This document shows, in pieces, positions 41,201 through 54,091 of a DNA stretch of 64,000 bases. This DNA is from the human T2T-CHM13v2.0 reference genome, Homo sapiens. The number at the start of each line of letters is the position of its first letter. Within the stretch, counting starts at the first letter, position 1. The stretch lies in assembly GCF_009914755.1 (NCBI RefSeq), contig NC_060928.1; one strand, given 5' to 3'. Under the pieces are notes generated by a model. It was not told where the DNA came from. It saw nothing but the letters and a program-made list of their open reading frames with translations, and did not search any database. The position numbers and the translations under genes were made by a program.

Positions 41201-41871
41201 ATTTGGGTAAGTGATTAGACTGACAGTACAGTTGAACATGTATAAAACTGGAAATGATACTTCTGCAACTATCTACTAACATACATTATTTGAAGAGAAT
41301 TAAAATCCCAAATGAAGTTATAGCCTATTGCAACCTGTAAAACATTTCTTGTAAATTACCTAATTTATTTTTTCATTTATGTACAGTTTCTTATGTAAAT
41401 TTGAAAAATATTTGCCATGGTGCATTCTGTAACCATTCCCATATTCTTTTCCTTAATGCTTATTTGCATGAGAGGAACTTGGGTTTTTCTTGTTTGTATT
41501 GGATAGCTGTTAAGCTAACTTCAGTATCTCTGCCTTTTTTTGCATAGTTTAACTCTTTCTAATTTTTTTCATATTCCAAATAGATGTTAGAGTCATACTT
41601 TTTATTTTCTACTTTCTAAATAAATTCTCTAAGTTGTTTTTAAAATAAGAAATTAGCAAATCAGCAAAATATATTCCTATGATTAAAGCATGGCTCTGTT
41701 GAGAGTCAAAAATGGAAAGTATCTAGATATTGATGACACAAAAGCTCATCAATCAACATAGCTTGCTCTTAGTGGAAGGGATGAAGTCCATAAGCAAGAA
41801 GGTAGTTAGTCAACATCTTCAACATAGATAAAACAACATTTGTCTTGCTATATAATTGTGGGATGGACTTT

Positions 41872-42100
41872 AAGGTATAGTGTCATAAAGGACTGTGGTG
41901 CAAAGATGTCTGGGGCCAAATCGTGGCTCTGCCATTCACTGGTTGTGTTGCCTCAGACAAGGTTTCTAGTCTCTATGTACCTCACTTTTCTCATGAGAAC
42001 AATAATAGTAGATGTGGTTATTGTGATGTTTAAATTAGTTAATATATAAAAGGATGAAATAGTGCCCGATAAGCACACTACCAATGATGACTATTATTAC
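41872..42100 (+). mobile_element. MIR
   Basis: AAATCGTGGCTCTGCCATTCACTGGTTGTGT..GTACCTCACTTTTCTCAT..AATTAGTTAATATATAAAA. Confidence 0.75.
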
Positions 42101-42432
42101 TTTTTATTATGATCATTATTATTTTGTTGACATAGCAAATATATTCTGTCTAAGTACATTGTTCATCTTATTTAATCTTAAATAAAAGGTCACTCTTAAT
42201 GTCATTTATCAAAAGAACATCACCACACATCAGATAGTGTAAGGAACTGTATGAAAAATTATATCTTTAACTTTAATGAATATTTCTGTTGCTTGAAAAC
42301 ATCCATAAGCATTGCTTTTACTGTCTTTCATTTTAGCTACTTTTGCCTGCGGATTGAAGTAGTAGATGTTTGAGTTTGGCAGAAGATATTTCTGTAATAC
42401 CAGTAATTTCCCTGTATAGCCAGCTTTCTTAG

Positions 42433-42852
<420 letters not shown>

Positions 42853-43308
42853 CAGAGTTGTTTTCTTATGTGAATTTGGTTCCTGGCATTTGAAGAATAT
42901 AAGTAATGGAGGAGGTGCAAAGTTAAAAATATGTGGATCCAGAAACCAGTCTGTGGAAAATATTATTCCATTTATCAGAGTTGTAAAATTGCAAGCAGAG
43001 AAATATATTTCCATGGACAAATAGTCAAAATGGAAACATCCACCTCTTAAGAATCTACTTGACAAGACAACATAAACATCTTCAAAGTATATACAAGCTG
43101 AATTATTCCTATAGTAAATCAACAAAAATTATTCAACATTTAGACGTAGATGTGACATATAATTTCCCATTATATCAATTTCAAATCAATTTAATGAGGA
43201 TTAATAGCTTCTTAGGTTGTTCGAAAATATGATTGACAAAAGATAATGTCATATTAGGTGAAGATTAACATTTCTTGTTGATGTGTCATGAAGTACTGAT
43301 AAGGATGA

Positions 43309-43663
43309 TGATATAGTTTGGCTGCGTCCCTACTCAAATCTTACCTTGAGTTGTAATAATCCCCATGAGTGAAGGGTGGAGGCAGGTGAAGATCATTGAA
43401 TCATAGGGGTGGTTTCCCCTATACTGTTCTCATGGTAGTGAATAAGTCTCATGAGATCTGATGGTTTTATAAATGGGAGTTCCCCTACACAAGCTCTCTT
43501 GCCTGTTGCCCTGTAAGACATGCCTTTGCTTCTGTTTGCCTTCCGTCATGATTGTTAGGCCTCCACAGCCATGTGGAACTGTGGCTCCATTAAACCTCTT
43601 TCCTTTATAAATTACCCAGTCTTGGGTATATCTTTATTAGCAGAGTGAGAACAGGCTAATACA
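43309..43663 (+). mobile_element. THE1C solo LTR
   Basis: TGATATAGTTTGGCTG..ATAAATGGGAGTTCCCCT..CTAATACA. Flanks GATGA/GAGGA. Confidence 0.9.
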
Positions 43664-44158
43664 GAGGAGAAACACATAAAACTCATTATATGCCACTCCA
43701 CATAGATATGGAGAATAAATTGGTGAACAAATGTTATCAACTCAAAGAATTTCTAAACTTAGTCAAAACTCAAGAAAAGTTGTCATGAACTTTCTTTTAT
43801 ATTTTTACATATAAAATAAAATTAATAGGCTATTTTCCAAATTAATGAACAGTACTAGAAATGCATGTAAGCAGAACAATTTTTTTCCAAAATGAAATTA
43901 ATAGCAAAAATTGTATTAACCATGTGAGGAAGAATGATGAATTAGAGATTCATTTCCTCTAGAAAAAAAATTGTACAAAATTACTATTATAGATAATAAG
44001 ATAGCATGTTGCCAAAAATTAATTAGAGAAATTGTTACAGGTTTGTAGTAGCTAGATAATCAATAAAAAGTATTGTGTTATTTTCTGATTTTTGATATTT
44101 GTGTATTTTTAAATATTTGTCATCGTGATTTTTTTTTCTCATTCTAAATACATATTTT

Positions 44159-44465
44159 GGCTGAGTATGGTGGCTGATGCCTGTGATCTCAGCAGTTTGG
44201 GAAGCAGAGGACGGAGAATTGCTTGAGGCCAGAAGTTGGAGACCAGCACTGGCAACATAGCCAGATCTCATCTCTACAAAAAAAAAATTTTTTTAAATAG
44301 CCAGGCAGGGTACGAAATGCTTACAGTCCCGGCTACTCAGTAGGCTGAAGTGAGAGGATTGCTTGAGCCCAGGAGATTGAGGCTGCAGTCAACCATGATT
44401 GTGCCACTGTACTCCAGCCTGGGCGACAGAGCGAGACCATCTCTAAAAAATAATAATAACAATTA
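44159..44465 (+). mobile_element. AluJo-like
   Basis: Diverged dimer with GGATTGCTTGAGCCCAGGAG..GAGGCTGCAGT. Confidence 0.9.
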
Positions 44466-44879
44466 TAAAATTATATATAAGTAAATACTCATATTTGCTT
44501 TCATACCAGCTTTGTAATTACAATTTTGCATTATTTTTCTTGAGGAATAAAAACATGATCCAGCCCCCCAAATTGCAAAATGTCAGGCCTTACAAAATCT
44601 TAGTGTTTTGGGGTTCAAATGGCTGTATTTTTATAAAGCTGTAGAAGTGATTTTGAAACACAACAGGGGTTAGAAAGCATTGGTATAAGAATCATAAAGA
44701 CTTATGTCAGGACTTTGGGTTTCTTGTTGTCAAAGAGGGTAAATAATGGTTTCATTAATCAAGGTATAAAATACAGAAAGAAGCACAAGCTTTAGAAAAG
44801 GGTTTAGTTTTGAATATGCTTATTTCTAAACAAAGTTTGCTATCGCACTAACTTTGAAGACCATATCAAATTGCTTTTA

Positions 44880-45130
44880 TGTTTAGCTTACTGTAGACTA
44901 AATCCTTGAACTCTTTCTTTTAATGTTCTGCTTCTTAGTCAATTTTCTTCCCACATGTATTTGTACATTGGAAGCTTTGGAGTTCAATCCATACAGGAGT
45001 TTACTTTTATCTTTGTTAAATTTCATCCTGCTAGGTTTTATTGCATTTCTCTAACCTGCACATTGCTTTGTTCTGAACTCTTTCCCCGGCTTTCTCTATA
45101 TGCTGGCTATTTTGTACATTGATTTTATGG
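44880..45130 (-). mobile_element. CR1/L3 fragment
   Basis: TTACTTTTATCTTTGTTAAATTTCATCCTGCTAG resembles antisense L3. Confidence 0.5.
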
Positions 45131-45218
45131 CATATGCACATTCTTATTTATTTTTTCTCAATTGTTCTTACAGCCGGGGTGCATTTATAATAACTGCAAA
45201 GCATTTTCCCTAACATAC

Positions 45219-45603
45219 CTGCCCATAGAATGAATTGTACAATCTTCTACCCAATTCATATGTTGAAGCCTTAACTAACTTCCAATGTGATGGTGTTTGG
45301 AGATGAGGTTTTTGGAAGGTAACTAGGCTTAAATGAGGTCATGAAGTTGGATAATGAGATTAGTATTTAAGAAGGGACCTGTGAGCTTGCACTTTCTCTC
45401 CTTCCAGAAGCACAAAAATAACTTGAGGTCCTGTGAGCATAGAGGGAGTTGGCAGCCAGCTGCCTACAAGCCAAGAGAAGCAGCTTCAGAATGAAAGCTG
45501 CCTTGTCAGCACCTTGGTCTTGAAACTGTAAGAAATCAATTTCTGTCGTTTAAGCCCCCCAGTCTTTGGAATTTTGTTATGGCAGCCCAAACTGACTAAG
45601 ACA
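45219..45603 (+). mobile_element. MLT1A-type solo LTR
   Basis: AATTCATATGTTGAAGCC..TACAAGCCAAGAGAAG..TTTTGTTATGGCAGCCCAAACTGACTAAGACA. Confidence 0.85.
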
Positions 45604-46044
45604 GTATCTACTAGAAGGTTCAAGTCTGAAGAGGAAAAAAGTTTGCTTTCTGCTCCGAAGGCTTGTATGGAATTAGATTCGTGTGTTAGAGACACACACG
45701 TAAAGACAAATGCACAGGCAGGTGAGTGCTGCTTACACAACTTATGACTATTTTATTATGAATGCTTTTTGCTTCCCCTTTAAAGTTATCTAGAGAGGAA
45801 TGTGCTACAGCTCAGAGATTTGAAAGATGACAATAATTTTATGACTTAACAGGAACCTCGTGTTACATGGAAAGCACAATCATTTTAATTTGAAATATTT
45901 GAACATATATTTTTATAAGCTAAATAACATTGCCAGTCACCAGGACCTGAATTAGCTAAAGATGCATAGTTTCTTGGGGATAATTGCTACTCAGCAATAT
46001 TTTAAATAGTGCTTAAAACTTCCTATGTTACTAATAAAAGTCAG

Positions 46045-46265
46045 TCAGGCTGAGTTAAAAGCCTGGCTAAGCCACTTATTACCCAAGTGACTAAGGTATT
46101 TTCAGTAAATATTTTTTCTAGTCATTTAATCTTTTACTGCTTTAGTCTCCTCACCTATAAATGAGGATGATGGTAATACCTATTTTTTTTATAGTTGATG
46201 TGAGGATTAAATGGGTGGGACGTGTAAAACACAAAGAATGGAGTAGGCACTCAATATTAGTTACA
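46045..46265 (+). mobile_element. MIR
   Basis: TTTAGTCTCCTCACCTATAAATGAGGATGATGGTAATACCTA..GTGAGGATTAAATG. Confidence 0.75.
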
Positions 46266-47112
46266 TTTCTGTTTTTCACTCATTAAGCAAGGTATTGTAA
46301 CATTCAATGTAGGCATCAGAGACTTTGCCAAATCTCCTCACCATTTTAAATGTTTAATAACTCTCCCCTCTTTCTAATACTGAGATTGCTTTTAGAATAA
46401 CATTTTTCCTTCCCTTCCTACTCAGAATGCACATTACTGAAATACCTTAGCTCCAGGAAGTTGAGAATTAGAATATCTTAATCTAAAATCAGGCTCTTCT
46501 AATTTCCAGCTAAATTTCAGAGAATGGAATGGTATTCATGGCATCACTTAAAGGAGTTATTATTTTTCAAGTTTTGATTCTGGTCTATACGAGACAAACT
46601 TTTATGTTCTGTATAAGTAATTGCACAGAAAAATGTTGCATCACTATTTTTTATTGACTACTACAGAGTAAAACTTTGTGTCACCCCCAAATTTATATGT
46701 GAAATCCTAACCCTCAAGGTAATTATATGGTATTAGGAAACAAGACCGTTGGGAGACAATTAGGTCATGAGGGTGGAACCTCTTACAAAAGAGATCCCAG
46801 AGAGCTCTCTCACCTTCTGCCATGGCCCACATTCTGAGGATGCAGTTAGGAGTCAACAGTCTGCAACACAGAAGAGGGCTCTCACTAGAACTCAACCATG
46901 CTGGCACCCTGATCCTGGACTTCCAGGCTTGGGAACTGTGAAGAATACAGTTTTGTTGTTTAATCCACCTAGTCTAGAACATTCTGCTGTAGCAGCCAAA
47001 ATGGACTAAGACAGAAATTGGTACCATAAATGGAATGCTCTTGTAACACTTAAATATGTGAAAATGGCTTTGGAACTGTGTAAAGGGTAGAGACTAAAAG
47101 AGTTCTAAGGTG

Positions 47113-47695
47113 TGGAGTGGTTGATTTTAGATATCAGTTTGATTGGGTTAAGGGATACCCAGATAGCTAGCATTATTTCTGGGGATGTCTTCAAGGGGGT
47201 TTCCAGAAAAGTTTGACATTTGAATCAGTGAATTGATTAAAGAAGATCCAACTCCATCCAATGTGGCCAGATGTCATCCAATTGATTGTGGATCTGGATA
47301 GAACCAAAAAGCATAGGAAAGCCAAATTTCTTCCCTATTTTGAAGCTGGGACATGCATCTTCTCTTTCTTTGACATCAGAACTCCAGGTTCTCCAGCTTT
47401 TGAACTCCAGAATTTTCACTGGCATTCCCCTAACTCCCCCAACCCCGCCTTAGGTGTTTGGCTTCAGACTGAAAGTTACACCATTGGCTTCTCTAGCTCT
47501 CAGGCCTTAGGACTTGAACTAAGCTATGCCACCAGCTTCTGTGTTTCTCCAGGTTGCAGGTGGCATATTATGGGACTTTTCAATCTCCATAATCATGTGA
47601 GCCAATTCCCATAATAAATAACTTCTTATCTACTTCTTATCATCATCATCTATAACCTATTAATTCTGTTCCTCTGGAGAACCATGACTAATAAA
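47113..47695 (+). mobile_element. MLT2C/D solo LTR nested in MLT1A0-int
   Basis: GGGTTAAGGGATACCCAGATAGCT..CTCTGGAGAACCATGACTAATA with an exact TSD AGGTG (47108-47112 / 47696-47700). Confidence 0.87.
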
Positions 47696-47885
47696 AGGTG
47701 CATGCTTAAACAATCCTATATTGCTACGAATGGACCATTATAGCTGATTTTGGTAAGAACCCAGAAAGAAAGGAGAAGACTTTTAAAGAAACCCTCAATC
47801 TCTTTATAGAATTCCTAAGTAGCGATTATTAGAATGTTGGTAGAAATATGGGCAGTAAATCTATGAACTACCCAACCTCAGGTAG

Positions 47886-48137
47886 TTTGGGAGGCTGAGG
47901 TGGGCAGCACTTTGGGAGGCTGAGGTGGGCAGTTGGATCACCTGAGGTCAGGTAGTCGAGACCAGCCTTGCCAAAATGGCAAAACACTGTCTCTACTAAA
48001 AATAGAAAAAAAAAAAAATTAGCCTGGTGTGGTGGCAGAGCCCAGCTGAGATTGCAGTGAGCCGAGATTGTGCCACTGCACTCCAGCCTGGGTGACAGAA
48101 GAAGACTGTGTCTCAAAAAAAAAAAAAAAAAAAAAAA
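47886..48137 (+). mobile_element. Rearranged AluS (5' duplication and right-arm deletion)
   Basis: TTTGGGAGGCTGAGGTGGGCAG occurs twice. The right arm jumps from CCCAGCT to GAGATTGCAGTG. Poly-A tail present. Confidence 0.88.
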
Positions 48138-49008
48138 GAATTGAAAGATTTGGAAAATTCTTAGCCTATTCATATTTTAAAAATGAAAATACTTAGGGTG
48201 TGTCCTGGTGTCCATTTGATACAGAGATTAGTATAGGCTCAGCCACAGATTTAATCAGCAACCCCAGCAGGAAAAGTGTCAGTTTGAACGCAGAGGAAGG
48301 AGTTGAGAAGGAATGAATGAAGTCTGTTAGATTTCATGGATTTTATAGAATAAGATATGGAGCTATTTGACTGTGAATATGTGCTATTTTTCATTACAGG
48401 GGAAGAATAACCCCAAAGTTGATTCAGAGATTATCAGGGATACTTCCTCAGTTTCAGAAGGGGGACCATTGCATTGCATTCAACAAGCCAGATGGTCTTG
48501 ACCCAAAGCTATGGGATGGGACCTTCCCCAGTGGACCTGAAAGGCAGAGCCTCAAACCAAAAAGTGTTACTCATGGAGAATGCTTTTCAATTTGAACTTA
48601 TTTGAAATATTTTATCCCTTTCTTCTCTCCTGTTTCTCCCTTTTGCAATAGAAGTATCTATCTTATTCCTAACCCATTATTGTATTTTGGAAGGATATAA
48701 CTTGTTTGGTTCCACAGGATCTCAGTTGGAGAGCAATTTTCCTCAGGTTGAAATGTATTTAGTCTCAAATATCACCTGATTTAGAGGATATTCAGAGATT
48801 TTGATATTTAGACTCTAGAGTTGCTGCTGGAAACAGTTTATACTTTTGAGGCTGCTTGGATGTAAAGAATGCATTTTGTATGTGAGAAGAACATAAATTT
48901 TGAGGGGTCAGGATGGAATGCTATAGACTCAATATTTGTGTCCCCCACAATTTGTATGTTTAAATCCCAACACCCAATTTGATGGTATTAGGAGATAGGA
49001 CATTTGGA

Positions 49009-49057
49009 AGGTGAATATGTGTCATATGAATACAAATCCTATGACACATATTCACCT
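49009..49057. repeat. Perfect 18-bp inverted repeat with a 13-nt spacer
   Basis: AGGTGAATATGTGTCATA (49009-49026) / TATGACACATATTCACCT (49040-49057). Confidence 0.97.
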
Positions 49058-49405
49058 CTCATATATGGAATTAGTGCTCTTACAAAAACAAAAAACACCT
49101 CACAGTTATTTAAAGCTCCCTCCCCCTTTCCCCCTTGCCAGGACTCAGCATAGAGTTAAGAGTCTGGAACTTGGAGGAGAGCCATGCTGGCAGCTTGATT
49201 TTGGACTTCCAGGCTTGAGAATTGTGAAAAATAAATGTTTGTTGCTTAAGCCACACAATGGATGAGATCCTTTTGTAGCAGTCTGAATGGACTAAAGTTT
49301 GAAATCTAACTGCCATATTCTCTGGGCCCCATGAGAGAAGGGAGCACACTTTCTCAGTTTAGGATGGATATTATCTTGAAATCTCCCCACTTTTCTTTTT
49401 CTCAG

Positions 49406-49555
49406 AAGACACTCCCAACTTCTTCTGCATCTGGATTTCCTGAGTCAGAAGGTATCTTCCAGGGATCTGAAGTGTAGAAAGATGGAAATCACAAGACTAT
49501 GGAGACTTGCAAACATTCACCAGCAGTACCTTCAGAGCAATCAACACAGCAGAAG
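49406..49555 (+). other. Candidate internal exon (150 nt)
   Basis: Acceptor CCCCACTTTTCTTTTTCTCAG/ and donor AAG/GTAAGT. One frame is stop-free. Confidence 0.45.
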
Positions 49556-50399
49556 GTAAGTACGGTGTCATGCTGTACGAAGGCATTTGCCAGCATTGCT
49601 GGTGACCACGAGCCATGACCATTGCTTTAAATAATAAAAATGAGAGATAGATAGTGAGAACAGTAACAGCACCATGACAAGTAATTGAAAGACTAGAGTC
49701 TTTACAATAAAACCTATATCTAGATAAAATGATAATAACGAGGACTCACTAAAGCTTAATAGATTTTCAGGGAATTTTATGCAAAAAATACTACAAGTTA
49801 AAATCTGGCCTGCAAACATTGCAACTTTTCTAATCCTAAAGCAACTCCAGGTACCCTCAAACTGCACCAACAAAAAGTAGGCATAGAAAGCTGTGTATGC
49901 CTCAAGAAATATTTTTTCTCAGATGAGGACTTGAAGGGTATGGCTAAGGCATAGATAGGTCACAGAAGATATCAAAAACTGAATTATTTCCAGAGAGCAG
50001 AACCAGACATGGCCATAATTACTAACTGAAGAATTTATTTCCATAAAGGAAAAATTCCTATACTCTACAAAAGAAGTGGAAAAATAATAATTCTGTAGGC
50101 AAAAGACTTCTCTGTGTTTTTCACTTTTTCCAATTCTGAATGGGCCACAGGTTCATATTCCAGCACTGTGTGTTGAGTATGTTGTGTGCTGGTAACTTTT
50201 ATATGTTTCTGGAGCTTGAAAAGCTGTGTATCACCCAGTTTTCCTGGGCTATTCCTTAAAAGCAGCAACCAGATGTGACTGTCAGTCATCTCTCTTGGGG
50301 AGAGGTGAGACTCTTCTATAGGTGTAAAAACAACAATAAAAACAAATTTGGATTTGGGTGAATAAAAGGAATGGATTTCCATTTTCCTTTTTATTGCCT

Positions 50400-50990
50400 T
50401 TGCTTACTTCTGGTCTACTCTCAACACAATAGCCAGAGTTTTTCTGTTAACAAGTGAGTCATATAATGCCACTCCTTTTCCTAAGTCCTCCAGTAGCTTC
50501 CAATCTCACTCAGAGTAAAAGCCTAGTCTCCCATGAGGCCATTCATTGTCTTGCCTCCTAGATTATTTTCTTCTTGCTATTACTGAACTTGCTAGACCTT
50601 CTCCAGCCTCAGACCATTTGCACTTGCAATTATGTTTTCTCTTATCCTCCAAGAAAATCTGAATAGTTTCTTCTTCATTTCCTTCAGATTTTACACATAT
50701 GACACTTTCAAAATGAGACCTAACCTGACGACCCTATTACTGTCTATTGGAACTCTCTGTGAACTTATGGAGCAGTGACAATCATGACAACTAGGAACAC
50801 ATTTTACTGATATATGTTGCATATTGTTGGTCTTACTCCATTAGAAATGTAAGCGTTAGGATTGTGGGGATTTTTGTTTGATTTTGTTTTTCCTTTTTCT
50901 GTATTTTACTGCTAACTATTGACTCCTAAAATTTGTGCCTGTCATATTGGATCACTTCATAAATATGAAGTGGATGTTGACTAAAATGAT
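50400..50990 (+). mobile_element. L2a 3' fragment
   Basis: CTCAACACAATAGCCAGAGT..CTCCAGTAGCTTCCAATCTCACTCAGAGTAAAAGCC..CCTCAGACCATTTGCACTTGC. Confidence 0.78.
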
Positions 50991-51067
50991 AGTGCCCCCA
51001 AGTTGAGAATGGGTATGAACTGTTGATATAGGAACAAGAGCTTCCTAGCATCCTCAAAAGTTGTGTG

Positions 51068-51161
51068 TTGAAAGGCTGCATTGCACTCTCTAAAAGCATT
51101 TCCTGAAAGATAGCTTGAAAGGCTGCATTGCACCCTCTAAAAGCATTTCCTGAAAGATAGC
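51068..51161. repeat. 47-bp tandem duplication (2 copies, 1 mismatch)
   Basis: TTGAAAGGCTGCATTGCAC(T/C)CTCTAAAAGCATTTCCTGAAAGATAGC twice. Confidence 0.97.
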
Positions 51162-51348
51162 TGGCAAAGATCCTTTACCTTTTTTCTTCCTTCCTTTTGC
51201 GTCATACTCAGTAGAATGTTATGCAATGTCTGGAGACCTACCCACAGCTTTGGCTTTCAGAATAAGATGCTTATTCTACAGGTGACAGAAAGATATGGTG
51301 CAAGGAGTTTGCTTGCAAGATCTCACAGAACACAGTCACTGTGTTAGT

Positions 51349-51811
51349 TGTGATAGTTAATTTTATCTGTCAACTTCATTGGGCCATAGGCCTTTCAGAC
51401 TGTTTGATCAAACATTATGCAGGGTGTTTTTGTGAGGGTGTTTTGGGGCGAGTTTAGCATTTGAATCAGTAGAATGAATAAATCAGATTGTCCTCCCTAA
51501 TGTGGGTAGGCCTCATTCAATCAATTGAAGGCTTGAATAGAGCCAAAAGGCTTATCCTTCCCCAAGAAAAAGAGAATTTTTCATATTAGACTTTGTTGAA
51601 ACCAATATTTTGGGTATTTAACTGCCTTGAGGCACAAACTGAAACTTTCTGTCTCAAGCCTGCCAGCTTTTGGATAGGAACCATATCACTGGCTCTTTGG
51701 AGCCTCCAGCTTCCTGAATCAGCTGTAGATTCTGTAATGTGCCTGGCCACAGAAGCATGCGAGCCAATTCCTTGCAATTCATCTTTACGTATATACACAT
51801 ATATCCACATA
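51349..51811 (+). mobile_element. MLT2D LTR lacking its 3' end
   Basis: TGTGATAGTTAATTTTATCTGTCAACTT..GATTGTCCTCCCTAATGTGGGTAGGCCTCAT. Confidence 0.85.
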
Positions 51812-52587
51812 TGTGATAGTTAATTTTAGGTGTCACCTTGACTGGATTACGGAATACACAGGTAGCTGCTAAAGCATTATTCCTTTAGCAGTGTGTGTCT
51901 TTGTGAGTGTTTCCAGAGAAGACTGGCATGTGAGTTAATAGAATGAGTGGGGAAGATCTGCCCTCAACATGGGCAGGTAACATCCATTTAGCTGGCGCCC
52001 CCAATAGAACAAAAAGGCAGAGAAAAGACAAATTCATTCTCTCTCCTGGAGCTAGAGCACTCTTCTCCCACCCTTAGACATCAGAACTTCAGTTTCTACA
52101 GCCCTTGGAATTCAGGACTTGCCTCAGTAACCTACAGGTCCCCATGCCTTTAGCCTGGACTGAGAGTTTGACCATCGGCTTCTCTGATTCCCTGATGCTT
52201 TCAGACTTGAACTGATCCATATTCCTTACATCCTTGATAGGCTTACAGATGGCCTATTATGGGACTCCTCAACCTCCATAATTTTTCTAGTAAATGCCTT
52301 CTCATCTATCTATTCATCCATCATCCATCTATCTATTGATCTAGCCATCCATCCATCCATTACCTATCTATCCATCCATCTATCCATCCATCCATCATCT
52401 ATCTATCCCTCTAACCATCCATCCATTACCTATTAATCTATCCATCCATCATCTATCTATCCATCCGTCCTTCCACCATCCATCTATCCATCTATCCATT
52501 ACCTATCTATCAATCTATCCCTCATCTATCTGTCCATCTATCCCTCATCTGTCTATCCATTATCTATCTATCTATCATCTATCTATC

Positions 52588-52618
<31 letters not shown>

Positions 52619-52663
52619 CATCTTTTACTGGTTCTGTCTCTCTGGAGAACTCTGGTTAATACA
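51812..52663 (+). mobile_element. MLT2C-like LTR
   Basis: TGTGATAGTTAATTTTAGGTGTCA..GGGGAAGATCTGCCCTCAA..CTCTGGAGAACTCTGGTTAATACA. Confidence 0.85.
52303..52620. repeat. Compound (TCCA)n/(TCTA)n tetranucleotide repeat
   Basis: About 320 bp of interleaved TCCA/TCTA units. Confidence 0.95.
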
Positions 52664-53338
52664 CCAGTCCTAACTGGCTGTGAAGGATATTTGTGCATTT
52701 TTTTTCCATTATGGCTGAAACTAATCCTATTGAATACAAAGAAATCAATTTTCTTTCACTACAAACTTAGGAATAAAAATTTCTTTATTCATACTTGTAA
52801 TATAAATAAGAAAGTCAAAAACACTGAACAGCTCAGCATACCAAATATCCATTAAATATGGTATTTGTCCTCCTAAATTGATTCTTCAGTTTTCTTAATA
52901 GGGATCATGTATTAATATAGTATCTGAGGATCATTATTTTAATTTGGGTTTGACCTAAGAGGCTGGCCTGCTTATGAGTTTTTTTCAACCAGTGGATATT
53001 TCTGAGATGTAGCTGCTTTCTATAGAAAGATTCATATGTTTTTGGAGCACTGGATTCCCAAAAAGACCATTGGCTATTTTTCCTAAACTTTTGTATTTCT
53101 TGTATTTTAGTTATTTTGTATTGGCCAAGCATCCTTTTAATTGTTTTGCAATCATTTTGTGTGTTTTACAATTATATTCAGTAAAAGTGATACTGAGAGA
53201 AATCCTTAATGAACCAAATGTTGAAAAATAAAGGTTGGTTTCACTAATACTTTTTGTTGTAAATTAATATTTAAAACAAAATTCATCTTGAATTTCTACC
53301 TCCGCTTTAAGTATAAGAACTTTTTATTATTTTTATAG

Positions 53339-53536
53339 CAGGGGTCATCTAACTCTTTTTTAAGAGGCAAATAGTAAATAATTTAGAATTTGTGGTCCAC
53401 ACAGCCTCTGTCACAACTCTACACTCGACTTTGTTGTTGTAGACAATATGTGAGTGGGTATGAGTGTGTTCTAATAAGACTTTACAAAAACAAGTGGGAG
53501 GAATTTGGCACTTGAAATGTAATTTGTCAACCCCTG
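53339..53536 (+). mobile_element. MER58A (hAT-Charlie)
   Basis: CAGGGGT...ACCCCTG inverted termini and an 8-bp TSD TTTTATAG/TTTTAAAG. Confidence 0.88.
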
Positions 53537-53542
53537 TTTTAA

Positions 53543-53929
<387 letters not shown>

Positions 53930-54091
53930 TAATGTACCTGGACCTTCCTAAGATGAGCCACTCAAGACATCCACCCCTGATAGCAACTTAGAAACAGTCT
54001 ACCTAGACATCCCTGGGGCAAATCACCCTAAATAACAGGAACACACTTAACCACCTTCAGGCCTTTTTCAGCTTACACCAACACATCTAAC

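Larger units (their letters stand above)
46659..49298 (+). mobile_element. MLT1A0 MaLR provirus: 5' LTR 46659-47013, internal region, 3' LTR 48919-49298
   Basis: The LTR end GGACTAAGACA is followed by the MaLR-int start GAAATTGGTACC..GGCTTTGGAACT. A purine tract precedes the second LTR. Flanks TTGAC/TTGAA. Confidence 0.85.

Noticed and set aside
45661-45727. Possible 61-nt exon ending in CAG/GTGAGT
   Set aside because: The donor is strong but the acceptor (short tract, AAG) is weak, so it is not supportable as a feature on its own.
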